Below the pieces are notes generated by a model. That model was given only the letters and a program-made list of their open reading frames with translations, did not search any database and had not been told where the DNA came from. This document shows, piece by piece, positions 1 to 8,324 of a stretch of 52,396 bases of DNA. Source of the DNA: a virus (lineage: Duplodnaviria > Caudoviricetes); IMG/VR virus record IMGVR_UViG_3300028840_001414, positions 1 to 52,396 of that record. One strand, given 5' to 3'. The translations under genes were made by a program, and so were the position numbers. Position 1 is the stretch's first letter. Every line of letters begins with the position of its first letter.

Positions 1-144
1 TTTCGGCGCCTTCACTGTAACGGATACCTTCTTCGGCTTGACTTCGACGTGCCTGGCAAGCGCGGAGAAAATGTCAGGATGATTCTCGCGATACCACTTA
101 TAGCCAGCCACGTCGAGCGTGTGGGTGGCTTTCGATACAATCGG
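1..144. repeat. Terminal direct repeat, left copy (circular assembly overlap)
   Basis: 1-144 is identical to 52253-52396, and a CDS reads through the junction. Confidence 0.97.
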
Positions 145-420
145 CGGTGGATACTCAGGATTAGTCATAAGCTCCCTGATTGCGTCTGCATCCATCTTGT
201 ACGCGAGGCCACGGACGATCACGATTCCCGTCTTGTCGGGGAGCCTGATCGTTCGTTGCCCCTCTTCCGCGCAAGGAATCAGCGCGGCGAGCTTCGCCTC
301 GATCGCCCACCGATCAGCCTTGGCAGCAGATTCCCTAGCTTTCACGGCGAGCAGTTCGCCCGCCAGTTTTGTGATTGCTTCAAATTCTTCGGGTGTTGGC
401 GGCTTCATTCTCACTCCCAT
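1..420 (-). CDS. Origin-spanning hypothetical phage protein, 140 aa (MGVRMKPPTPEEF...KPKKVSVTVKAPK); stop at 52250-52252
   Basis: Manual translation: ATG at 420 stays open to base 1, then TGA across the junction, which overlaps the ATG of the nuclease gene (ATGA coupling). Absent from the ORF track. Confidence 0.85.
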   Translation of the reverse strand, partial: MGVRMKPPTPEEFEAITKLAGELLAVKARESAAKADRWAIEAKLAALIPCAEEGQRTIRLPDKTGIVIVRGLAYKMDADAIRELMTNPEYPPPIVSKATHTLDVAGYKWYRENHPDIFSALARHVEVKPKKVSVTVKAPK

Positions 421-866
421 TCTGTAGCGAGTTTGTCTCGCAACGGGCTCAGGCGCCTCGGCTTCAGGGTACTCTCTTGCGATGTTCTGCATCGCCTGCG
501 TACCGTGTGTCGAAACAGCTTATAATGCGTCTCCGCTCCACTGAACGGGTTCACGTCATAGTTCTCGGAAATATCCGCCTTGCAAACTACGTCATCCGGA
601 TGAAATAGCTTCTCGTTATTCGCTACGCGATGCCGTAGCACTTCCACGCGATCGGGGCCTGGCATTCGGCTAGTCGGAACTGGCGTGCTTGTTGGCTTAT
701 AAGGCGGTGGAACGTCGCCAAGCGCGATTCGTAGTCGGCGCCTGCGTTGTCTGCGTTTGTTATGTTCCCGCGAGCATTCTGGGCAACGGCCCTTTCTCCA
801 GGATGGGCTCAGCGGCTTTTCGGCGCCGCAATGGATGCAGAATTTCGTTTTCATCATATATCTCAT
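411..866 (-). CDS. Hypothetical zinc-ribbon protein (CxxC...CxxC, Arg-rich, PG..RVEVL..R....LFHPDD motif)
   Basis: ORF 411..947; start moved to Met 866 (or the Met-Met just downstream) because 867-910 is a hairpin. Confidence 0.7.
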   Translation of the reverse strand: MRYMMKTKFCIHCGAEKPLSPSWRKGRCPECSREHNKRRQRRRRLRIALGDVPPPYKPTSTPVPTSRMPGPDRVEVLRHRVANNEKLFHPDDVVCKADISENYDVNPFSGAETHYKLFRHTVRRRCRTSQESTLKPRRLSPLRDKLATEWE

Positions 867-927
867 GGACGCGGGCATGGGGGCTATCGATAGCCCCCGT
901 GCTCGCATCCGTGCGAACAGTGAAGAG

Positions 928-1506
928 TCAGAAGGGAATGTCTTCATTCGACCGCTGCCAGGGAGGGCGTTCCGGCGGCACGGCCGGCACAGGATTCATC
1001 CCGTTCACAGGCTGAGCGGGAGCCGGCTCGGGTGCCGGTCTGGGGGCAGGCTCCATTCCGTTACGGCACTGGACGGGGGGCGATGGGGATACGGGTGCTT
1101 CCGGCGCGGGCGTACCAAACGGCTTGTAGGTACGGATTTCGTTTTGGTTGTCCTTAACCTTAACGCAAGCAAGACACGTTTTACCAAGTAGCTGATCCGT
1201 GTCATCGAATTTGCTAATGCCGGTCGCGCGGCACAGTGCGGAGACGGTTTGCATTGCAATTTTCCGCGCCATTTCACTCGGGTTGTCGATGTTAAGCCGG
1301 TCCCACAACTTGCGACCCTTGCCCGGCCCGTCCAGGATTGATAAGTCAAGTTTGAGGTATTGGCCGGTGCCCGCCTTGGTTCGCTTGAATTCTGCCTTAT
1401 CAACCATCACCGGATAATCGCCGGGCGGCATAACCTCAAAATCAGGCTGCGGTTCGACGGTTTGCGGGTCAAATGACCCGCCAAAGAACGCTCTCACATC
1501 ACTCAT
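928..1506 (-). CDS. DUF669-like putative ssDNA-binding protein
   Basis: FEVMPPGDY..TKAGTGQYLKL..GRKLWDRLN; Pro-rich linker; acidic EDIPF tail; AAAGAGGT RBS before ATG 1506; next to the AAA_24 ATPase. Confidence 0.85.
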   Translation of the reverse strand: MSDVRAFFGGSFDPQTVEPQPDFEVMPPGDYPVMVDKAEFKRTKAGTGQYLKLDLSILDGPGKGRKLWDRLNIDNPSEMARKIAMQTVSALCRATGISKFDDTDQLLGKTCLACVKVKDNQNEIRTYKPFGTPAPEAPVSPSPPVQCRNGMEPAPRPAPEPAPAQPVNGMNPVPAVPPERPPWQRSNEDIPF

Positions 1507-1537
1507 GGCTACCTCTTTCTTGGGTATCGAATATCGC

Positions 1538-1771
1538 TTACTGTGAACGCTCGCTGCGAATCTCGCTATACAAGCGCTCGTGAAACTCTTGTGCGGAGTC
1601 GGCGAGCACGAGCGGGCGGCCGGAACACCAAATATCGTTATCATCGAGGCCAAGCCCAACCCATCTTTCGGTGGCGCCAAAGTATTTGTACCCCGTCACC
1701 AATCCAACGCGGCCCGTGCTATCGACGCACACAGTCCCGGTTAAGTCTTCATCTGGCAGTGGCGCTCTCAT
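1538..1771 (-). CDS. Hypothetical protein
   Basis: Co-oriented ORF, ATGA overlap with the upstream gene. Confidence 0.65.
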   Translation of the reverse strand: MRAPLPDEDLTGTVCVDSTGRVGLVTGYKYFGATERWVGLGLDDNDIWCSGRPLVLADSAQEFHERLYSEIRSERSQ

Positions 1772-1944
1772 AGTTGCTTCTCCTGGACCTGCGCGTACAG
1801 CACACCGCGCTTGGTCGTGAGGTTCCTAATTTCGTGGTGCTGTTCTATCGCTCGTTTGATCTGGCCTGCGGTTACAGGCGGATTGATCGGCCCGTCATGC
1901 AGCATTGCTCCATCACAGCGCCGAAGGATAATTTTCTCGATCAT
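1768..1944 (-). CDS. Hypothetical protein, 58 aa (MIEKIILRRCDG...)
   Basis: Manual translation; AGGGGT RBS; stop overlaps the next ATG. Confidence 0.6.
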   Translation of the reverse strand: MIEKIILRRCDGAMLHDGPINPPVTAGQIKRAIEQHHEIRNLTTKRGVLYAQVQEKQL

Positions 1945-1969
1945 TCAGTTACCCCTAGAAAAACGGAAC

Positions 1970-2130
1970 AGGAATGGGCAGGGCTCGAACCTGCATGTTC
2001 TGGCGTCGTTCTCTCCCCGATATTTTCTCAGCCATTCGCCCTCGGGGTGAGCCGGGCGGCATTCGGCTCCCTATCCGTATCTAGAATCGTCAGGGGGGGG
2101 TACCGTATTTCCATTTTCTGCCACCATTCC
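1970..2130 (-). ncRNA. tRNA-like RNA with an expanded anticodon-arm region
   Basis: Acceptor stem GGAAUGG/CCAUUCC, U8-G9, D-loop-like GCAGAAAAUGGAAAUAC, canonical T-arm GCAGG-UUCGAGC-CCUGC; 161 nt, intergenic. Confidence 0.6.
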
Positions 2131-2137
2131 TGCTGTA

Positions 2138-2917
2138 TTACTGGCCCGCTGCCGTTACGGCCGCCATGAAGGCGCCGAAGTCGAGCGGAAGCTCGTAAGG
2201 GAGTTGCCCGTAGACGCCGCGACCGCCGCCGGGATGGGCAGGACGCTTCTGTGTGTAGAGGAACCTGGCGCCGCCGGTTACATCGATGCCGCGACTTTTT
2301 TCCTTGTTGAAGCCAACATCCTCCTTCTTGACCACTACCTTCGTATTGCAGAAGAGAATCATGTCGGCCCACCGATAAAGCAGGTTCGCTGCCTTGTCGT
2401 GAATATCGAATTGGTATTGGTCGTAGCTATCGCCGGCGGGATCGTCGAACCGCTTCACCTTGACATGGCCAACAATAATGGAAGCCATATTCCGGCTAGT
2501 TCGCAATACGTCAAGCGCTTCGGTGATATACCGCCAGTAATCGAGAGACATTGTGTAGCCCTTGCCATAGCCACCACCAACTTTCTCGATGCTATCGACG
2601 TTACCGTTCGCTCGGCAAACTTCCGCATGGATTACCGGCTCGAACGCGCTTGCCGAATCGATGAAGACCGATTGAAAATCATGCTTCCCCTGGGCTAGCG
2701 TAGCTAGCGCAGATTGCACGTCTGCAAAGCTGTGGCTCACCGGAAACTTCGCAACGTCTAAAGCGTCGATTCCCTCTTCACCTTTGATCGGGATAGCCAC
2801 CGAAGCCGGCCACGCGGCGGCGAACGTGCTCTTACCGATCTTCTCAACGCCAAGAAGGATGATTCTAGGCGGGCGTAGCTGCGAGCCTTTCGTGATTGAG
2901 TCGAGATTAAAGGCCAA
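2138..2917 (-). CDS. AAA_24-family (Sak4-like) phage ATPase
   Basis: Walker A GVEKIGKS, Walker B VFIDS, GGYGKGY motif; TTG start with AAGGAGG RBS. Confidence 0.9.
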   Translation of the reverse strand: MAFNLDSITKGSQLRPPRIILLGVEKIGKSTFAAAWPASVAIPIKGEEGIDALDVAKFPVSHSFADVQSALATLAQGKHDFQSVFIDSASAFEPVIHAEVCRANGNVDSIEKVGGGYGKGYTMSLDYWRYITEALDVLRTSRNMASIIVGHVKVKRFDDPAGDSYDQYQFDIHDKAANLLYRWADMILFCNTKVVVKKEDVGFNKEKSRGIDVTGGARFLYTQKRPAHPGGGRGVYGQLPYELPLDFGAFMAAVTAAGQ

Positions 2918-3089
2918 GGATAGCCCTCCTTTCTTCGAGAATGTGATTCAAGCGGGTCAGAATGCGGCGGTCTTTACTTGCGTTGCCGGAGGAAGTAAAG
3001 TACATTCGCTGCCCGCACACCAGCATATCCGTGTCAACCAACACGGTAGCAACCGGGTGCTCCGTCACTTTGATGATTTCGATTTCCAT
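2907..3089 (-). CDS. Hypothetical protein
   Basis: AGGAG RBS; operon packing. Confidence 0.65.
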   Translation of the reverse strand: MEIEIIKVTEHPVATVLVDTDMLVCGQRMYFTSSGNASKDRRILTRLNHILEERRAILGL

Positions 3090-3098
3090 GATCGGCTC

Positions 3099-3299
3099 CT
3101 ATCGTAGTTCGATGGTGAGTGTGGCGGGATTCTCTTGGTCTGCGTCATACAGGATGGTTTCTATGACGCCCTGGAGGATTTCTCGCATTTCTGCGGTCAG
3201 GGCGACCCTTGCGCGAGAGTCGGGCGGGTCATAGAATTCACTGACGGGCCCAAGGGAAAATTCATCACCCGCAAAACGCACAATGATTTCCTCAGTCAT
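3099..3299 (-). CDS. Hypothetical protein
   Basis: ATGA overlap; GGAGG RBS. Confidence 0.7.
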   Translation of the reverse strand: MTEEIIVRFAGDEFSLGPVSEFYDPPDSRARVALTAEMREILQGVIETILYDADQENPATLTIELR

Positions 3300-3520
3300 C
3301 GATGCCGCCTCCGTCCGCGTGGGGCGTGCGGCTCGGGTTGTCGGCGCCGGGATTCGAGGAACGCCAAAAAGTCATCGGCGCGAATGCGCAACGTGCGACG
3401 AGGGCCAGGCGTGGCGCTTATGTCCACGTAAGGCAATCGCCCTGTATCCAACAGCCGGGCGACCTGCTGCTTGCTGACGCAGAGTTTTTCTGCGACTTCT
3501 ATTACCGTGTAGAGTTGCAC
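3296..3520 (-). CDS. Excisionase-like HTH_17 DNA-binding protein
   Basis: YTVIEVAEKLCVSKQQVARLLDTGRLP...LRIRADDFLAFL; GTG 3520 with GGAG RBS. Confidence 0.85.
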   Translation of the reverse strand: MQLYTVIEVAEKLCVSKQQVARLLDTGRLPYVDISATPGPRRTLRIRADDFLAFLESRRRQPEPHAPRGRRRHR

Positions 3521-3609
3521 CTGTCCGCTCCAAGAGGCCAAAACAATCAATAATCCTAGTCTGATTGGTGGAGCGGCCCGGAGCGGGCCACTTTTGGCCC
3601 ATTTGAAAA

Positions 3610-4008
3610 CTAGCTTGTTTTCTCGATAGAAACGCGGCTGTGGTGCGAGAAAACCTCGACAGGAAAGCCGCTTTCCAGTAGCTTGAGGTTCAGCTTTGAG
3701 GCCGCACGCCTGATTGCGTCGTCGCTTACTTTCCGGCGCTGCCACACCTTGTCTTGTAGCTCCTCGAAACCAGCGCGGGGATGCGTGTAAACGTACGCTA
3801 AGAGGGAGAACTGGATCGGCGATAAGCGCGCACTCAACTCGCCACAATGCGCGGTGCGAGACTTAGCCGAGAACGTGAGCACCGGCTGGCCGGCGGCAGT
3901 TTCTAACAGTCTCGCAGCCGGCAAGTCGATCACGAGCCGGCCATCTGGCTGCCGGTGCGCATCGTGAATTGCGCGCACCACTTCCGAATCAGACAAGAGA
4001 AATTGCAC
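3610..4008 (-). CDS. OmpR/PhoB-type winged-helix transcription regulator without a receiver domain
   Basis: RLSPIQFSLLAYV...EELQDKVW...DAIRRAASKLNLKL. Confidence 0.75.
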   Translation of the reverse strand: MQFLLSDSEVVRAIHDAHRQPDGRLVIDLPAARLLETAAGQPVLTFSAKSRTAHCGELSARLSPIQFSLLAYVYTHPRAGFEELQDKVWQRRKVSDDAIRRAASKLNLKLLESGFPVEVFSHHSRVSIEKTS

Positions 4009-4050
4009 AATTACGCCCTAAGCAAGGAACCTGAAACAAAAAGAAGAAAG

Positions 4051-4236
4051 CTACCTTGCTTTACGGCGCCGCATGGCATCGCTACTTACGAACCCCGGCC
4101 GACTCTCGTACTTGTAGAATCTAGTCATGCCCCGCATATCCACTTCGGCATCAGTCCGCCGGTCATAGGGGCCACAATCCAACTCCAAGGGCGGACCAAC
4201 TATCCACCACTCACTCTCTCGTTTCACAATTTCCAC
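4051..4236 (-). CDS. Hypothetical early protein
   Basis: RBS; tight packing. Confidence 0.65.
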   Translation of the reverse strand: MEIVKRESEWWIVGPPLELDCGPYDRRTDAEVDMRGMTRFYKYESRPGFVSSDAMRRRKAR

Positions 4237-4237
4237 C

Positions 4238-4861
4238 TTACTCTCCCTGCCAGTTTTGTGAGTTCAAATTGCGCTTCCACACTTCCTTGTGCTGCCTAGC
4301 ATCTAGGCCGCGTAGGCATTTCGGTTTATTGGCGACCGTGTAGCCGGCTTCCTCAAGCTGGTGGGCTACCTCCGAAGCAATCTCTTCCCTGGCATATTTC
4401 TCGGCGTACTCCTCGTCGTCGATACCCCAGACTGAGGCATGGTATTCTTCGCCAAGAACGAAGAAGTCACACTTGACGCCATACCATTGCCAGCCGTTTT
4501 CGTACCAGTCAACTAGCTGCGCAAGGGTGCGCTGCCGCTGGGCCGCAATGGCTTCGGCAGCGACTTGCTTTGTGGCGCCGCGATTACGATGGTATTCATA
4601 GATACCCCAGTCTTCATCGTCGGGAAGAGTAATAAGCACGCGCTCACGGTTCGCGTCACACCATACGCACCCACACGAATTCCGAGTAAAATCGGTGGGC
4701 CGCTCTACCTCATGCTCGAAACCACAACAATTCTCCCATGGCGCCTCCGTTAGATCGTCGGGAATAACTTGCGTTTGCTCCAAAATGTCGGCGTAGTCGA
4801 TGGTAGCCGGCGCCGTTTCGATAGCTACCATTATATTGTCGTGTCGTACCTTACTTCTCAT
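4238..4861 (-). CDS. Hypothetical acidic early protein
   Basis: 207 aa; CCTGGAGA start-associated motif. Confidence 0.8.
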   Translation of the reverse strand: MRSKVRHDNIMVAIETAPATIDYADILEQTQVIPDDLTEAPWENCCGFEHEVERPTDFTRNSCGCVWCDANRERVLITLPDDEDWGIYEYHRNRGATKQVAAEAIAAQRQRTLAQLVDWYENGWQWYGVKCDFFVLGEEYHASVWGIDDEEYAEKYAREEIASEVAHQLEEAGYTVANKPKCLRGLDARQHKEVWKRNLNSQNWQGE

Positions 4862-4879
4862 GGTGCAGTCTCCAGGATG

Positions 4880-5041
4880 CTAGGAAAACGAGACTCGCGC
4901 GACTCCATTACTGGCTAAAGCGATAAAGAGCCGCTTGTCGCTAAGCCAGTCGCGAATTTCAAACAGGTCCATCGGAACGTGCAATGGAATACGAATTTCC
5001 TTTTGTCCTGTTTCGATAATTAACGTGTGTGCTAGGGTCAT
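4880..5041 (-). CDS. Hypothetical protein, 53 aa (MTLAHTLIIETGQK...)
   Basis: Manual translation; AAGGAG RBS; fills the gap exactly. Confidence 0.6.
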   Translation of the reverse strand: MTLAHTLIIETGQKEIRIPLHVPMDLFEIRDWLSDKRLFIALASNGVARVSFS

Positions 5042-5179
5042 AGCTAACTCCTTATGTGAGTTGCTGTTTTCTGTTTCCGTTATGCCGATAGTCGCGTGGG
5101 CATTTGTCGTGTACCTCGTGTCCTAAATACCTCCAGATACACCTTAATGGAGGCATTTCGTACCGCATGACGGCAGTTA

Positions 5180-5698
5180 CTAGATATTCTGGAACACGTA
5201 GACGCCCGAATCACTCTCTATACTGTAGCAATCACCCATAAACAAGTCGCGGGCGAAGGCTTCGTAGTCGATGTAACGACGAAGATGCTCGGGCACATCA
5301 TACGCATATAGCTCGTCGAATAAATTTTCTGCGTATGCCTTTTCGCTATCCCACTCCCCAGAATAGGCTTCCTGGAAGCCGGCTTCCGTTGCGTGGTCCA
5401 CGCCTACATTATCGGCGTAGGCTGCGTATGCTTCCCCGTGCTCTTCGATCAATGCAGCTAGCTCGGCTACGTCTTCGATTGCTTCATATTCGCCGATCTT
5501 GATTGGGCCAAAACCTTCGTAGTCATGGATTGCCCACTCTTCGGCGCTGGGGGTTGGCGATTCTTTCAGCATTTCGGCGATTGCTTCGTGCATTTCGTCT
5601 GCGTCGGTTGCGTCGATCCACTCGCCGTGTAGCTCCCCGGCGTTGTAGCTTGCCAAGCAAGCCACATAGACTCTTGGGGTGTCGGTTGTGGTGCTCAT
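5180..5698 (-). CDS. ardA: Antirestriction protein ArdA (DNA mimic)
   Basis: RVYVACLASYNAGELHGEWID, EEWAIHDYEGF, YIDYEAFARDL; highly acidic. Confidence 0.95.
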   Translation of the reverse strand: MSTTTDTPRVYVACLASYNAGELHGEWIDATDADEMHEAIAEMLKESPTPSAEEWAIHDYEGFGPIKIGEYEAIEDVAELAALIEEHGEAYAAYADNVGVDHATEAGFQEAYSGEWDSEKAYAENLFDELYAYDVPEHLRRYIDYEAFARDLFMGDCYSIESDSGVYVFQNI

Positions 5699-5788
5699 AG
5701 GTGCGCCCTCCAAAGGTGAATAGGAAACGAGAAAAGCAAGGCCCGGCCGGGGGCGCGAATTCCCGGAATACGCTGCCGGGCGAGTGGC

Positions 5789-6628
5789 CTACCCTGCCGG
5801 CCATGGGGCTATCTTCAGAATGCCCCCGCAATACGGACAATGCCCGTTTCCGTCGTCGTCGATCCAAAGCAAGCCGGAAGAGACTTCGGGTTGTTCGGGA
5901 AGATTGATCGGAAGCAATTGCTGCGCGGGGTCGCGCTTCTCGGGGTATTCTGGCCGGCTGTCAGTTGCGGGGTAATCCTCTAGGTTTGTATAGCCTTTCC
6001 CGCAACACCCATCGGGATACCAATTGCAACTATCGTCGGTGTCCCAATACTTGCCGCAATCGTCGCAATAGATCGACGCCCGGGCGTTGTCGAAAATGGC
6101 GGTTTCCTCTACGTCGAACGCGACCGGATCGGTATAGCCCCCGCGCACATCGCACCCGCCATGTATTTGCAGCAATACATGGGGCCCGTCGTTATCTTCC
6201 CAATAGACGTATTGAATAACTTGGGAAAGCGTATCCTCCCCGTTGTACGTGTTAACGGGCATCGGCGACCCATTGCCGTAGAGCCCCCGGGCGCCGTCAA
6301 GATCGGCAACGAAAGACTCCGCGCCCTGTAAGTCAGGATAGAATCCTTCCCGGTCCATGTATTCGTGAAACCGCCGATCTAGTTCCGCGTTGTACTCTAC
6401 CCGGTCGCGCAGAAAATGGTATACCGAGATTGTCGGGATAATGTCAACCCCTTCTCCGCGCTTGTGGAATTCTACTTTCCCTTCCGGTTCGGCTGCGAAG
6501 TCTCGCCCCTGATTGGCTTCCCAATTGCGGCCGTAGTGGTCGCCTGAATCCAGGATACTACGGCCCGTGTTCTCTTGCAGCATTGCCGCAAGCTTCTCTT
6601 CGGTTGTCGGTTCGGTTGTTACGTTCAT
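5789..6628 (-). CDS. Hypothetical acidic early protein with C-terminal Cys motifs
   Basis: 279 aa ORF; strong start-associated motif. Confidence 0.85.
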   Translation of the reverse strand: MNVTTEPTTEEKLAAMLQENTGRSILDSGDHYGRNWEANQGRDFAAEPEGKVEFHKRGEGVDIIPTISVYHFLRDRVEYNAELDRRFHEYMDREGFYPDLQGAESFVADLDGARGLYGNGSPMPVNTYNGEDTLSQVIQYVYWEDNDGPHVLLQIHGGCDVRGGYTDPVAFDVEETAIFDNARASIYCDDCGKYWDTDDSCNWYPDGCCGKGYTNLEDYPATDSRPEYPEKRDPAQQLLPINLPEQPEVSSGLLWIDDDGNGHCPYCGGILKIAPWPAG

Positions 6629-6651
6629 TGGTGCATTCTCCAGGGGTGTGG

Positions 6652-6912
6652 TTACTTGTTGAGGCAGCGCAATTCAAAATTCTCTACTGCTCCGCGATAC
6701 TCCCGGAAGTAGTGCCCCCAATACGCTTCGCCGGTTTGGGGGTCCACTCGCCAAGTGACATACGGTTGATAGCTGCCCTTGACGTAAGCAAGGACAAAGC
6801 ATAAACGACACCCGTTTTTCTTCACCCATTCCGGTGCTTCATAGCGCGTAAGTATCTGCGCGCCGTTTGGGAGTGTGTTTGCTGTCTTGAAGTTGAAACT
6901 ATTCTCTACCAT
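6652..6912 (-). CDS. Hypothetical early protein (PYVTW...YWGHYF motif)
   Basis: RBS AGGGAGA; operon packing. Confidence 0.75.
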   Translation of the reverse strand: MVENSFNFKTANTLPNGAQILTRYEAPEWVKKNGCRLCFVLAYVKGSYQPYVTWRVDPQTGEAYWGHYFREYRGAVENFELRCLNK

Positions 6913-7039
6913 GCTTCTCTCCCTGTTGTGCTCGTTTTTCTTCTATTTCGTACCCGCATTCATAACACCGATGCTTGATTGTGGTAGCAAGAAAATCCAC
7001 GAAGAATACATGACTACCGCAAACGGGACATTCACCCAT
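6899..7039 (-). CDS. Small zinc-ribbon protein (CPVCG...CYECG)
   Basis: ATG 7039 with AGGGAGAG RBS. Confidence 0.6.
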   Translation of the reverse strand: MGECPVCGSHVFFVDFLATTIKHRCYECGYEIEEKRAQQGEKHGRE

Positions 7040-7127
7040 ACTTCTCTCCCTGTTGTTGGCGTAGGACAAACCGCCCCGCGCCCGTCTGCCTAGGGGCGCG
7101 GGGTGGGCTGTCCCTGCCCGGGGTCGA

Positions 7128-7499
7128 TCAAACGTAGGAAACCTCTTCGGCGTACCATTCCGCCCATAGCTGGCAGACTTCACTTTCCGGGTCGCTTTCA
7201 ACGGCTTCCTTGACGTATCGCGCGCCATGGGTGGTTAGCTCGTTCTCCAACCAACAGCCTACTTTCCATCCATCCGATAGCTCAATTGCGTTTATGCAAT
7301 CCTCCCCAGCGCCGCAGTGTTGTGGGCAATCTGCCTCCCCGCCCCCATCCGGAAATGGACCCTTGGGGAATTCGTCGGAATCGTAACTGTATTCGTCGTC
7401 TGGATCGGCCGGCGCGAATCCCTCTTTCGTGATACGTTCCCTGATTGCTTCCCCGCAATCCTTGCAGAAAATGTCGGCTGCGTAGATATAAGCGCTCAT
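7128..7499 (-). CDS. Hypothetical very acidic Cys-containing early protein
   Basis: ATG 7499 with GGAGG RBS. Confidence 0.8.
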   Translation of the reverse strand: MSAYIYAADIFCKDCGEAIRERITKEGFAPADPDDEYSYDSDEFPKGPFPDGGGEADCPQHCGAGEDCINAIELSDGWKVGCWLENELTTHGARYVKEAVESDPESEVCQLWAEWYAEEVSYV

Positions 7500-7518
7500 T
7501 GTTGTATCCTCCAAGTAG

Positions 7519-7695
7519 TTAGGTGTTGTATGCAATCGCGCAATCACTATCACAAAATCTCTGCTCGCACTCTTCCGGTTGGAAATCTCTGCCGCACCAT
7601 GGACACTCACGGGTGTAATCTTTCCATGCGTCCGGACAACCGATTTCGTGGCATAGTACCCCATTGATTGTCAGAACTTCGCAGGATTGGCACAT
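7519..7695 (-). CDS. Small Cys-rich zinc-binding protein
   Basis: MCQSC..INGVLCHEIGCP..CPWCG..FCDSDC; start-associated motif. Confidence 0.75.
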   Translation of the reverse strand: MCQSCEVLTINGVLCHEIGCPDAWKDYTRECPWCGRDFQPEECEQRFCDSDCAIAYNT

Positions 7696-7754
7696 AGCTG
7701 TATTCTCCCTGGGGTGGTGGTGGTGGTGCGTGTAAACGCACGTTCTCTCGATTC

Positions 7755-8153
7755 TCATTCCTGGATGGCGCCCGGCGCTTCGGATAGTTCCAATTCGAGC
7801 ATTGTCAATTCGTCGCTATTCTCCGCACACCACTCGCCAATATGCGCGGGGAATAAGTCGGCATTCTCCCCTTTGCTTTCAGTGCGCTCGTGGTAGCTCA
7901 CAGACTCCCCATAAGCGCCAAGGAAGCAAAGCAAGCTTTCTAGCCCCTCTTGGAGGTTTCCGCCCTGGCGACCCGATTGCAGATCGTCGCCAGTATACTT
8001 CCCCTTGTGGCCCGGAAGATCGATATGATAGCGGTAGCGGGTGCGCCCCCTATCTCCAGGGCGGGGCGAGTATTCGATTGACACAAAAGCGCCATTCACG
8101 CGCACACCTGGAAGCAAGCGCGGAGTTATCTCGGCTGGTGCATGCAAGATCAT
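7755..8153 (-). CDS. Hypothetical early protein
   Basis: ATG 8153 with AGGGAGA RBS. Confidence 0.75.
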   Translation of the reverse strand: MILHAPAEITPRLLPGVRVNGAFVSIEYSPRPGDRGRTRYRYHIDLPGHKGKYTGDDLQSGRQGGNLQEGLESLLCFLGAYGESVSYHERTESKGENADLFPAHIGEWCAENSDELTMLELELSEAPGAIQE

Positions 8154-8324
8154 GGTGCGTTCTCCCTGTTGTGGTAGTATGACGAAGCAACCAACACGCC
8201 CCACTCGCAAGGTAGCGCAAGTGAGGCGTGTTGGGCGCTTCGCAAAGCGCCCGGGTGTTTACTTCATTGCGAACCCCCTTTCTACTTGTGGTTCGGTATA
8301 CTATGGGTGCGCCAAGGGGAGGGG

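Noticed and set aside
104-111. Other GTGGCTGG copies (104-111 on the minus strand; near 46345 on the plus strand)
   Set aside because: Inside genes and lacking the -10 element 36 bp downstream
1-144. Biological direct terminal repeat
   Set aside because: It falls inside a coding gene in mid-operon, so an assembler overlap of a circular contig is more likely
1970-2130. Canonical tRNA or tmRNA
   Set aside because: No 7-nt anticodon loop, no CCA, no G3-U70 alanine identity pair and too short for tmRNA; kept only as tRNA-like
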